A stretch of 61,564 bases of DNA, counting the filler, from Dugesia japonica (lineage: Eukaryota), in the NCBI GenBank assembly GCA_001938525.1. It is 6 parts of 6 records of this genome, joined end to end, with 100 filler letters (N's around TTAATTAATTAA, not from the genome) between each part and the next. Parts side by side here need not be neighbours in the genome. Positions count along the whole stretch, not along the records: positions 17,388 to 33,483 come from MQRL01578156.1; positions 33,584 to 42,233 come from MQRL01551104.1; 4 more parts are not named here. One strand, written 5' to 3'. Made by a program: the position numbers and the translations under genes. Of this stretch, positions 25,224 to 37,395 are shown one piece after another; the stretch's first letter is position 1; each line of letters opens with the position of its first letter. The notes beneath the pieces were generated by a model. It did not search any database and was not told the DNA's origin. It was given only the letters and a program-made list of their open reading frames with translations.

Positions 25224-26026
25224 TTAATTAAGGTTAATTAAGGTTTCTTCTATTATATCTTTTGTTAATTTATTTTTTCTATATTCTTTAATTTTATCAA
25301 GATTTATATCTTCATCAATTAAATTATTAATTGTCTCAAGTAAAACATCTAACCCTATTTCTTTTTCTACTGTCATTTTCTAAAGCTTAAAAACCACTTA
25401 CTTCAAAGGCAACTTTTGCTCCCACACGTTTTCTTTTCTTTCTTTAAAATTTTAAATCAAGGTCTTGATAAATTATCTTTTCAGATTTTAATTCTTCATT
25501 TAATTTTTTTAAGGCTACATTATGTTCATCTCGCTCTTTTTGTGCAATTTTTTTTACTTTTTTATTTTTCGGCTAAAAACAAGATTATATCACCCTTACA
25601 CTTGCCATCTGTTAATGAAGAAATAAAAGTTGTTGCTAGCGCATTAAAGTTTTTCTTTTCATTTTCAGCTATATCTTGTTGATTAATTTTCTTTTGCAGC
25701 TCACAAAGATTTGCTAAATATTCATCTGCTATATCTACTGTTAATTTATTTTTTCTATATTCTCCAATTTCATTTAAACTTAGTGCTTCTATACCTCTTA
25801 AATTTTTAAATATATTTAAAATTAATTCTACCCCAATCTCTTTTTTATTNNNNNNNNNNNNNNNNNNNNNNNNNNNNNNNNNNNNNNNNNNNNNNNNNNN
25901 NNNNTCTCTATGCTTTCTAATATTTCTTTGAAATTGAAAACCAAGCGCTTCATAAGGTATTTCTCCACCTCTTAAATTTTGATTTAAAATTATTACCAGC
26001 CTAACTTCTTTTTTTCCCGCTGCCAT
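25224..26026 (-). CDS. Two paralogous uncharacterised Polinton ORFs (25562-26026 and 25224-25376)
   Basis: KKEIGVELILNIFKNL..KNKLTVDIADEYLANL versus EKEIGLDVLLETINNL..KNKLTKDIIEETLINL. Confidence 0.45.
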
Positions 26027-26125
26027 TTTCTAAAGAAATAATTCAGCAATAAAATACTTTTCAGGTATGTTTAAATATTTTGTTTTTAGTTTGGTTTTTT
26101 CCAACACACTAAAAATATGAAAATA

Positions 26126-26568
26126 TAGAAAATATAAAATTTTTAATCGATAAAAATGGCTGCTAATAATATTATTGAAAGTGACTTTATAAATTCTTTT
26201 AAAATGAGTTAATACAAACTAAGAGTGAAAATAAAAATTTGAAGAAAAAAATATTGGAATAAATTTGTTATTATTATTAATATTTTAGTAATCGTAATCT
26301 TATATTAATCGAATACTAATCGAATAGTAATCGAATAGTAATCGTAATTGTATAGTAATCGTAATCGTAAAGGTATTGTAAAAATTTTTATTAATAAAAT
26401 GGTTAGTAATAAAGAAAGTGATTTTTACTCTTAAAAAGTTATAATTTTATGGAAAACCCTATTTCAAAGTTTTGTAAAGAAAATAATTTNAATGAAAAAA
26501 CAGTAACAAAATATTTAANAGANTTTAACATTCCTTATAATAGAAAAAATTATATTAAAATTTCAGAA
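26126..26568 (+). repeat. Internal inverted copy of the subterminal segment 31418-31852, including an 11-nt tandem array
   Basis: Reverse complement aligns along ~440 bp, from TAGAAAATATAAAAT..ATGGCTGCTAATAAT to ..TATTAAAATTTCAGAA. Confidence 0.93.
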
Positions 26569-26569
26569 T

Positions 26570-29500
26570 GTCTTTTATCTAACTTATTAATTTCTCGATC
26601 AGTATCGCTTTCGGCTTGAGCTTCCCGATATTCATAAGCATAACTTTTTGATTTAATAAAATCACATTTAATTATTTCATTATTAGGTTTTTCATCTTTC
26701 ATTCAACTTTTGTTAAATTATTTCTACCTATTATTTCTAAGAAAATTGAATATGTATAATGTATTTGTACAATGTATCTGAATAATGTATTTTATACTTA
26801 TTTGGAATTGCATTATCTAACTGATTATAAATAAAATCATATTTAACTTCTTTGGCATATTCTAAAATAGTAAAACCAATGTATGGGAATTTATTATATT
26901 TTAATTTAGATTGTCTTAAATGAATAGCTGATGTTTCTGCGATTCCAGTTTCTGTACATATAAATATTTTACTAGATCTAAAGTTTATTTTTGAAGCAAA
27001 CCTTTGATAATCTTTGTCTGTTCCAACTATTTCTACATTACATCTTTTCTAATATCTTTTAATGTTTTACCATAAAAAGCATTATTTAATAATTTGAAAA
27101 AAAAGAAATCTCCAAATACATTGTTTGTTCTTTTTGATTCNTTTCTCTGACCAATGTTAAATTGTTTATAATCTTTTAACCAAGGTATTGTAGAAAGGAT
27201 ATATTTCGAATGTATTTTCTTAATTTTCATTCCTAATTTTAAATATAAATATAATGTAGAACCCAAAACAATATAATTTTGTTTATTAAATTGATTTAAT
27301 GTTAGTTTAATATTTTTCTTACTTAATTTTTTTAAAATGATAATTGATATGGTCCTAACATTTCTTCTTTAATATTTATTCGATCTGGAGCTAATAGAAA
27401 GTATTTTGTCTTTTCATGAATTTCAGGTGGATATTCTAAATCAACTTCATAAATGTAATTAATTTCTGCGTTTGATTTTCTATATATTTAATCTTTTGAT
27501 TCAACTATTTCTCCTGTAGGTGAAGGTTTTGTCATGCAAGATACATATAAAGAATTCTCATCTAAATATTTTAAAAATGTATCTTCAAAATAATCTTGTG
27601 AAAATATTTGTTTTCCTTGTAATAATAAATTTAATAAATCATTCATTTCACCTTGATTTACTCTTTTATATTTTGGATTTTTAATATTATTATGACTAAA
27701 TACTTGTCCTTCTGCACAAACTCCTGAGAAACCACCTTTAACACCTCTTTCTATTTTTAGGTATAAATTATATGTATTTTCTTGAGCATATTTTAATTTT
27801 TGCTTTGCCAATTTCATTCCTGCCGCCCAAGTTAGACCTGGAGCTGAGTAACAATAACATGGATCTATGTTATAATTAATTAAACAAATATCTCTAAAAT
27901 TTTAAAAGAAATCAGCTAAAATAATTACATCTAATCTTATATAAAACATCATATAATCAAACAAATTTCCAAATTGATTAAAGTCTTGTAATAATTCATT
28001 GTATTCTTGTTCAGTTATTTTTTGTTGTTTTAGTTTATTGTTAAAATCTTCTTTTGTAGGAACCTTTTGACTTTTTAATAATTTAATTACTTGATTAATA
28101 TCATTTCCTTTTACATATTCATATGGAAATGATATTTTCTTTGGTTTGAGATTAAATTATCTTAAATGATTATATTTTCTTGATTGATTTAATCAATTGT
28201 GTCGATCGATTTAAATGGACACATTCTTCCCGAATCTAAAAATCTGATGTATCGCAATTTAAAGGAAATGTAAACTTCATCTGTATGTGGAACTATTCTT
28301 TTTACTACTGTTGGATATTTTGTTAATAATTCTTTAAAAAATAGATGATTATCATAACCAAATGCATTGTGAAAATAAAAAGGTATAAATAATTCTTTTA
28401 TAGATTTATCTTGTAAATTACAATTTGAATGAGCATAACCTCTGAATTCCCCATTAAAATGGTCATGATCTATTACTAGATTTTCAGTTATATTTTTATT
28501 ACAATATCTTATTTTGGATATTCTTCAAAAGTATTGTAAGATTGGCCACCTCTAAAATATTTAATTAATTTATTTTCTTTTATATCAATTAATTTATTAT
28601 TAATATCTTCTAAAAATTGAAAGAACTTGTGGTGTATATTCTCTCCATAAAATTCTTTATATTCATTTTGAATTAAATGTTAATATTTACTTTTGATATA
28701 AATTCCTAGAGATAATGGTTTTTGTTTATTGGTAATTGTACTAGTCCAACTTTCGAAATCTGCATAAATTACAAAAGGTAATTCATTTGAAAAATAATTA
28801 TTTTTAAATGAAAAATATTTATCATTTTTAAAATAACTCTTTAGATGAATCATGATTACTACATTCTTTTTGATGATTAATTAATAAATCTTTACTGTGA
28901 TAACAACTCATAGAGCATAAACACAAATGATTATTATTTTTATTAGTATTTGCAAAAACACTAACATTTATACATAAAATATAATGTCCTTTGTAAAATA
29001 ATAAATTACATTTATTTATTTCTGGTTTAGTATTACTATCATAATGAGAAATATAAACTGGATAGATTTTAGCTTTTTCAGTTACTTCAAATAAGTTTAC
29101 TTTAAAATCATTTAATTTTTCAAATAGTTTAACATCATCAATGCTTTTTGGGAAAATTCATTTGGTGTGGTTCGTTGGATTTTATTTTTAATTCGTTTAA
29201 ATAAGGAGTGTAATTTGAAACTCTATTTGGATCTCGTAATACATGTTTATGAGCTGAAATCGAATATAAAAAACAAAAATCATCTTTATTTTTAATATTA
29301 ATTACACCTGGTTTTATAAATGGTAATTTTTTATACGAAGAACCAACTTTTGATTGATATTTTGAAAGTTCAATTCCATCAACTTTCATTTTGATCTTCA
29401 TCTTCCATAAATCTNTGTAGTTGATTTAATAACTCTTCCACTTTTGATAGTAATTCTTTCATTACTTGAATATGAATTAAATACTCTTTCTTCATCTTCT

Positions 29501-30134
29501 TTAGTATAATTACAATTTACACTCAATCGTAACATCAACTTTTTTGAATAATCAAAATAAATATCAACAATTTTACTAATTTTCTTTTAAACCATGTTAT
29601 TAATTTAAAATTTTATTTTTGTACATGTCTAGTTAATTCAATTTTACTTTCTTTAAAATATTCAATTTTATAATACTTTANNNNNNNNNNNNNNNNNNNN
29701 NNNNNNNNNNNNNNNNNNNNNNNNNNNNNNNNNNNNNNNNNNNNNNNNNNNNNNNNNNNNNNNNNNNNNNNNNNNNNNNNNNNNNNNNNNNNNNNNNNTT
29801 GCTTTTTATGTAAATCGCTGTTGAAATGAAATTTTGCATGATTTTGTCTAGTGAATGTTAAGTTACAGATATTACAAAATAATGGAACTGTACCAGCCCC
29901 AACAGAACAATTTGTGGAGTTTTTATGTAATCTCAAACCTTTTTCACTTACTTATTTTTTGAAACATAAACTACATTCATAAAACATGTTTCTTACTCTT
30001 GTACATGTTTGTGATTGAATATGCGACGACAACCCCACGTTATTTTTAAAAGTTTTGCTACAAACAGACCATTTAAAAATTAACGCCGAAAAACTCATAG
30101 GTCTTTGAAAATTCATTTTATTTGAAGTATTCAT
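26570..30134 (-). pseudogene. polB: Protein-primed family B DNA polymerase with N-terminal C2H2 fingers and an EndoVII/HNH insert; C-terminus truncated
   Basis: INIKNKDDFCFLYSI, VIYADFES (ExoI), DHDHFNGEFRGYAHSNCNL, FHNAFGYD (ExoII), FPYEY, YLDENSLY (motif A), FKLLNNAFYGKT (motif B), KDE..IKSKSYAY. Confidence 0.95.
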
Positions 30135-30169
30135 TTTATAGAGAAATAATTTGATCGATTAAAAAAATA

Positions 30170-30553
30170 ACTTCCTTAAAGGTTCTATATTTCTTTTCTT
30201 TGAGGAATTTCTAGTATTTCAAATGTGTTTGTTTTAATATTAAAAACATAATCACCATCATTATTTTTAACATATTGTTGAGAATGTTCATGAAAAGAAT
30301 ATTTAACTCTAGGATATCTTTTTACTGGTGGTTTTAAATTTAATTCGCTTCAAGTTTTATTTAATGTTCGAATACTTATTCCCATTTCTTTAGCAATGCT
30401 AGAATCTTTTAACTTTAGATTTTCAAAACTTAAATCTTGATATTTTACTGCTAAACAAATCTTTTGAAATTTAACAAATAGTTTTGGATCAAAGTTATGT
30501 GCATAATTAATATAATCAACTACATTATCACTCAAATCATTTTCACTTTCCAT
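30170..30553 (-). pseudogene. Polinton helix-turn-helix DNA-binding protein
   Basis: KDSSIAKEMGISIRTLNKT* followed by in-frame SELNLKPP. Confidence 0.5.
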
Positions 30554-31417
30554 TTTTTATATTTATTATTTAGAAAAAATAGTGAACTTAACTTAGAATG
30601 AGACCCTATTTTGAGCTAGAAGTTTTTACTGTATAATTTGGCAAATAACTTTTGGCTGCATATACTCTTTTAATTTCATCTTCATATTCTTCAGGTACTT
30701 TTACTCGAGTTAATCTTTCACATAAATTATCAGTATTTTTTTTAATTTCATTTGCTATATTTATAAAATCCAAATTTGAAATAATTAAGTCATCATCATC
30801 TTCATATTTTTCTTTTCACTTTCTAATCACTTTCTAATTGTTTTATAATTTCTACATTTCTAAGTGCTTGTTTAGATAAATTATTTATTTTTACATTCTG
30901 ATTCACAAAATTTTAAAAACATTACTGTTAATAATGTTTTAAACATTTCACTATCTTTAAAGTTTTCTACTTGAGAATACATGTCTTTTAAAACAGCTAA
31001 ATATTTCTTTGCTATTTTACTTGTAATTTCACATTTAGCAAAATTATTAATTTCTTCAAAAGTAAAATTTTCAACCTTGGAAAAGTTATCTATACTATTA
31101 TACAAAGTATNNNNNNNNNNNNNNNNNNNNNNNNNNNNNNNNNNNNNNNNNNNNNNNNNNNNNNNNNNNNNNNNNNNNNNNNNNNNNNNNNNNNNNNNNN
31201 NNNNNNNNNNNNNNNNNNNNNNNNNNNNNNNNNNNNNNNNNNNNNNNNNNNNNNNNNNNNNNNNNNNNNNNNNNNNNNNNNNNNNNNNNNNNNNNNNNNN
31301 NNNNNNNNNNNNATTGATTTGATTTTGATTTTGTTGAGGTCTAATAGGGTGGGAATCATTTGAATTAGTTTTATCAAATCGTTTTATTAAAGATTTATAT
31401 TTACCGGTAACATCTCT

Positions 31418-31852
31418 TTCTGAAATTTTAATATTTTTTTTCTATTATAAGGAAAATTAAATTCTCTTAAATATTTTGTTACTGTTTTTTCATTTACATT
31501 ATTTTCTTTACAAAACTTTGAAATAGGATTTTCTATAGAATTATAACTTTTTAGGAATTTAAAAAATCACTTTGTTCATTGCTAACCATTTTATTAATAA
31601 AAGTTTTTACAATACCATTACAATTACGATTACTATTCGATTACTATTCGATTACTATTCGATTACTATACGATTACGATTAGGATTACTAAAATATTAA
31701 TAATAATAACAAATTTATTCCTATATATTTTTCTTCAAGTTTTTATTTTCACTCTTAGTTTGTATTAACTCATTTTAAAAGAATTTTTAAAAGTCACTTT
31801 CAATGATATTATTAGCAGCCATTTTTATTGATTAAAGATTTTATATTTTCTA
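31418..31852 (-). repeat. Subterminal segment (TIR-like) with a (CGATTACTATT)n array; inverted partner at 26126-26568
   Basis: Direct sequence comparison; tandem array at ~31620-31690. Confidence 0.93.
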
Positions 31853-31877
31853 ATCTAAAAATCCAACCATTAACTTA

Positions 31878-32011
31878 AGTAGATGTAAAACTACGGTTTC
31901 CACGCGGTTATTTGCCTTATGATATTTTACTATTTAATTTACGAAAGTAAACTGATGCATGTACGAGCGTAGGGTACAACCTTGCGTGGAAACCGTAGTT
32001 TTACATCTACT
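31878..32011. repeat. Terminal hairpin: perfect 28-bp inverted repeat with a 78-nt spacer
   Basis: AGTAGATGTAAAACTACGGTTTCCACGC (31878-31905) pairs with GCGTGGAAACCGTAGTTTTACATCTACT (31984-32011). Confidence 0.95.
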
Positions 32012-32319
32012 ACTGTGTCCACTTGTTTATTGTAACATATGGGTTTTACTGCACCTATTTGTTTACTCTATGGATTGGTTTTACAGTAACACATTGGTTT
32101 ACTGTGCCCATTGGCTTTGTTGAAACACATGGGCTTACTACAGCTATTTGCTTACTTTATCCATTGGTTTACTATAAAAATAGGGTTTACTGTAACACAT
32201 TTTATTATTTTATCTATTAGTTGACTGAATACATTAACTTATTGTGACCATTAATTCATTGTTTTCCACTAATTTACTATAACCATTAGCCCACTGTATG
32301 ATGAACTGTATAAAACAAA
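32012..32319. repeat. Degenerate ~19-nt minisatellite (ATTGGTTTACTGTAACAC-like) flanking the Polinton end
   Basis: Recurrent CATTGGTTTACT motif at ~19-nt spacing. Confidence 0.75.
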
Positions 32320-33172
32320 NNNNNNNNNNNNNNNNNNNNNNNNNNNNNNNNNNNNNTAAACCTATTATATTCGATAAACTTTAGAGAAATTAAAGAGAGA
32401 CTTTGGGAAATGATCGAAATTAAAGTGATTTAAGTGTAATTAATTACTTTTAATTAACATTACGGAAATCGATGAAATTTCTGAAACTTAATAAAATTAA
32501 GGCAATTAATTGAAATTTAATAAATCTAAATGAAATTAGTCTATATTTTAATTGTTGGTCTATACATATTAATGAAACTACTTATTGACTTAGTATATAT
32601 TTAGTAATATTTTCTGAAAATCTAAATGAATTTATAAAATCATGTTATCGAAATAGAAGTTGGACTTGAAAAATTAAAAACTAATGTTTCAATGTACAAT
32701 AGATTATGACAATTCACACACAGGGTGTCGAAATTCATGTACACGTAATCGTAATTTACGAATAAGTTATAATTTATTCATAGCTTACTATAATTTGTAC
32801 AAGGCTTGCTACAATTTACACATATACAAAAATAATTTTGTTGTAAATAAATATTAAAATCTTTGATGATTTAAGATTAATATCTAATTTATTTCTTTTT
32901 TGAGAGTCTAGAATAATATATTCCTATCATAAATAATTTATTTGAATTCAAAAATTTATTGATTTAATTTAAATTATTTTAATTAATAATAATAAATGAG
33001 AAATGAAAAAGATTTTCAAATGAAATGAGTTGAAAAAAGTTAAAAATTAAATAGCATATATATGTAACCATGTAGATTTGATAGTAATGTATTCATTATC
33101 GAATATTGATTTATTCAACTTCATCGATTAGATTTTATTTTCATCTATTATTTGGAGAGGAAATTTTTAATT

Positions 33173-33296
33173 ATGACTGCTGAGGATAAAAATGGCCAAA
33201 ATATTAAATTAAAAGAAACACCACATTCTACCCAACAATTGCACGAAAAGTCTATTTTACGTGAAAATGAATTGGAAAATGTTCCCAAAGAAACTA
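33173..33296 (+). CDS. Possible first exon of an unknown host gene
   Basis: ATG-initiated 41-codon open stretch ending at a GTAAGT donor (33297); no recognisable homology. Confidence 0.25.
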
Positions 33297-33727
33297 GTAA
33301 GTCAGCATAATATTATTTATATTAGCATTTATCTTATCAAATTGTTGCAAGCGATTTATAATTAAGTTAATAAATAAAAATTTAATTTTAAAATTGTTTG
33401 TTTGATTTTCTTTTAATGTTACAATTTAATATACAATTTTTGATTAACTTTATGCTGATTGTTTCGGAAAATTTTGAGATCATNNNNNNNNNNNNNNNNN
33501 NNNNNNNNNNNNNNNNNNNNNNNNNNNTTAATTAATTAANNNNNNNNNNNNNNNNNNNNNNNNNNNNNNNNNNNNNNNNNNNNTGATTTTTGTTTAAATT
33601 AACGAAATTAATGATTCTTTGTTTAAATTTAATGAAATTAATAATTGAGTTTCTTGGAAAAGCTTGTTTGTTTTAATTTAACAAAATTAATCGAATGTGA
33701 TTTTATCGAATTTCCCCACCCCCCCTT

Positions 33728-34240
33728 AGGAGCCCATTGCCTCACATACTTTTTTTATATGTCCGCACTGCCTTACATGCTTTTTTTATAGGTGCGCACT
33801 GCCTCATTTTTTTTCTTTTCTTCAGGAGCGCACGGCCTCATATTTTTTTTAATTGATGGATTTTATTTTATTTAAGTTTTTTTGTTTAAATTAAGTGAAA
33901 TTAATGATTTTTGTTTAAATCAAGTCTAATTATTGATTTTTTTGTTTAATTTAAATGAAATTATTGATTTCTTGATTAAAGTAATGAGTTATATTGGAAG
34001 TAAATTACCCCGGGTAATATTAACAATAATTTTCAACGTTCCCCGGGCAATATTAACATTAATTGCTCAGGTTTCATACTATTGGTTGTTCAATAGTTCA
34101 TACTATTAGCTGATCCAGAGCTCATACTAGTGTATTCTCCCTGGCTTATACTATTAGATGGTCCCTGATCAAACTATTTAATGCTCTGGACATTGAATGT
34201 TCACAGTTCCATTTAAACTAGCTGCTCAACCGAAGAATCG
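33728..34240. repeat. Short tandem arrays: ~33-nt GCACTGCCTCA-polyT units (33728-33850), a CCCCGGG dimer (34005-34070) and ~22-nt CATACTATTAG units (34075-34240)
   Basis: Units are visible directly in the sequence. Confidence 0.6.
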
Positions 34241-35352
34241 ATTACTATTCCAAGGAAAATCATTCTTAATATTTATATTTAAGAAAAATTACTCTTTGCC
34301 TTCGTATAATTTATGAAATCAGTATATTATTTGTATTTAAAGTAAAAATAATATCAAAAGTATCATTAAAATTATTTTCATTTTCAGTTTTGTTTGAATT
34401 CCATACCATTACATTACCTTTAAGATTGCCTTCTTATATTTATAGACAATAATTTTTGTTTTGAATTTATAGCACATCTGCAATGTCTTGTTTTATTTAT
34501 TAAAATTTTACTAATTTATCGCGCAAACCTTGTATATATAATAGTTTGAGTAACTGAGTAATTAATAAATTATTAAATCTGTGAGAGGATTCGTGGTTAT
34601 AGTTATTTAATTTATCAATTATCCCCAGACAGTTAATTTTTAGGGTCGTTTGTGTTATTCGTTGGTCAATCCACCGAAGTCAATTATTACTTGTAAAATT
34701 TCAGTACTGTGAAATAATTGTTACTTCTAGATGAGTTGATTTGGCGAGCGAATGGTTAATTTTAGTCCAGCATATAAGTCGACAGAATGTAACATTATTG
34801 AGGTCCACCCGGTATTTAGTCATTCATTCACGTAGTTAAACTTACTAGCTTAATTGTCTAAATTTTTTTAGTTGTTTATTAATTTGATAGTTATATTTTC
34901 GAATTTATTTATTAAATTTTAGCTAATTAATTTTTAGATAGTTATTTCATTGATTTTAATCAACTCTCTTAGTTATGGATTTTTATTGAATTTAATTGTG
35001 ACTTTCATTTAATCGGTTTTTTAGTTATTTCACTGATTTTGATTATGACTCTTAGTTAATTGATTTTTATCGAACGTAATTTTGACTTTTAGTTAATTAA
35101 ATATTAGCTTGTTATTTGATTAGTTTTTAAAAATGACCCTTATTAAATAAATACCATAAAATAAAGAAAATCCAAAGAAATCATAGAATTATTATATATA
35201 CTGTTTGCTATATAATCTGCGTTTATAAATTAAACGTTACGAAAATTAAATTTACAATAATAGTATTTTTTAAAAAAAATTTAACAATTAAATTTAATAA
35301 CTTTAGCATAAAAAAGAGTAACTAAAAATTCTAAAACAAGAAAATATATTTT

Positions 35353-35658
35353 TTAATTAACAGTTAATTCTCCTCCATTTAATTTTGCAAAATTGAATTT
35401 TGAAGACTCATTATCAATGGTGCAACCAATTGATCTGGCTGTACATAAAATTTCTTTAACAGTATCTTGTAAAGTTTTACCACATGATCGTGATCTCATA
35501 ATCTTGGCAATTTCAATGATGGAATCAAAATTGATATTACCATCATGTTTAATGTTCTTGACCTTTTAACTATCAGAGTTGATTTTTCAATTCTTTCACC
35601 AATAGAGAAGCTGCATTTGGCACAACAGAAATTTCAGCTTTTATAGTTAACTTTTTAT
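35353..35658 (-). pseudogene. RPL12: 60S ribosomal protein L12 (uL11) pseudogene, 3' part
   Basis: AEISVVPNAASLLVKELK, then a frameshift and stop, then KVKNIKHDGNINFDSIIEIAKIMRSRSCGKTLQDTVKEILCTARSIGCTID. Confidence 0.85.
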
Positions 35659-37119
35659 NNNNNNNNNNNNNNNNNNNNNNNNNNNNNNNNNNNNNNNNNN
35701 NNNNNNNNNNNNNNNNNNNNNNNNNNNNNNNNNNNNNNNNNNNNNNNNNNNNNNNNNNNNNNNNNNNNNNNNNNNNNATTATATAAATTCACTATAAATT
35801 TTCACGCATTGTTGTTAGTAGCAATTTAATTAATGCATTGTTTAGTATGCACAATTGTTCACAGGATTAAATTATTTATTATTCTTAGAATGCCCATTTG
35901 CCGTATTTAGCTTTTACTTATTGTCTCTATTAACTATTTATATTGTTGGGATACAACACAACCATATTTATTTATCTCCATCAAAACAATTGAGGAAGCA
36001 AAATAACTAACGAATAAGTAAAAAGTAAGAAAATAAAAGTAATTATTCAAAATAATCTGATTATTATTGATAAAATTAACATCAGCCGCCAAATTCGAAT
36101 GGTTATTTAATATGAAACAAAAAAATAACCATATCACCAAAACATATTCGCAAATTATTAAAGAAAAATTCAGAAAAGAAACCAGCTAACTGAAAATATG
36201 GAACGAAATATAAGGAAATAAGCAAATTATTCCACCGAGATCCACGAATCCGTGGCAGATGAATACGGAAAGAAAAGGTATAAAAGAACCAACTACTTTA
36301 TACAAAAAAAANNNNNNNNNNNNNNNNNNNNNNNNNNNNNNNNNNNNNNNNNNNNNNNNNNNNNNNTGTTAATTAAATCGACATAATTCTTCTTTTTTTT
36401 TTGCTCCAAACTCAATTTTTATCAGAACAATTATCCCAATAATTGCGATCGATTCTCAACCGATTTTCAGCTTATCAATCGCTAATTATTCCCAGAATTA
36501 ATATTTAACCGAGCGTTAGAAAATCCCTGAAGAAGAAAAATTATAATCAGAAGACAATATTATTATCCGTCGCGACAATCGATCATATCCTAACAGTTTA
36601 AAATCGTTCCAATCTCAATCCTAGTGAGAAATCTCATCTGCTCTCAGTCATGTCCTGCAATCCAAAGAATGAAATCATTAAATGTAACGTACATTATTGA
36701 ACTTGTTATGGTGTATTCAATGATAAAATATTTAGAACTATAATTGGTAATTGGATAACTTTTATTGTATATTCATTTAAAGTTATTTCAAACGCAGGAA
36801 CGAGAGAAAAGGTTGGGATTGTCGATATGAATTTAATTGTGCAATAAGGAATCACCCTTGAACTTCGCTTGATTATGTTGGTACTACCACGCCAGTGTTA
36901 TCAATACATGAGTGGTCAATTTATTGTAGTTGACCCATTGAGACTGTGATCAGTGAGCGTTCTGTCAGAATCGCGATTACGGTACTGGAAATTCTCAATC
37001 CCGGAATCCCGATGCTAGCACCGGGAATTTAAATATTTGAAGAAATATAACGATATAATTTAATTTAATTATAGATAATATAAATATTATAAAAATACAA
37101 GTAAAATAAAATAAATAAA

Positions 37120-37395
37120 TTGAATACAAATCAAATCTCAAATGGATATATTTCTCAAGAACTGGTTAAAAATCACCACTCTAAAGGATCTAAACCAGCA
37201 AAACTATATCGTTTACCTAAAGTTTATAAGAATGGAGTTCTTATGCGACCGGTTTTTTCTATGGTTTGTAAAGCACAATATAAGATCATGAAATATTTGG
37301 ATTCTCAATTAAAACCACTAATGAATTCAAGCTTTGAATGTAGTACCTTTGAAAGGAGTACCTTTCGGATAACAAACATCAAAAGGAAATTCTAA
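37120..37395 (+). mobile_element. Penelope-like reverse transcriptase N-terminal fragment
   Basis: GSKPAKLYRLPKVYKNGVLMRPVFS..YKIMKYLDSQLKPL resembles LYGLPKVHK..P.RPI.S. Confidence 0.8.

Larger units (their letters stand above)
17388..32014 (-). mobile_element. Polinton/Maverick (adintovirus-like) endogenous element, degraded; left end lost at contig edge
   Basis: pPolB, major and minor capsid, packaging ATPase, adenain protease, rve integrase, PLA2-like and fibre-like genes, all on the minus strand. Right terminus reads ..CATCTACTACT (AGTAGT-type end). Confidence 0.95.

Noticed and set aside
21093-31312. N runs covering key motifs (ATPase Walker A, PLA2 core) read as deletions
   Set aside because: They are masking or assembly gaps, so absence of the motifs cannot be inferred.
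31620-32319. Short repeat arrays as CRISPR-like
   Set aside because: They are tandem units without unique spacers, in a eukaryotic context with no cas genes.
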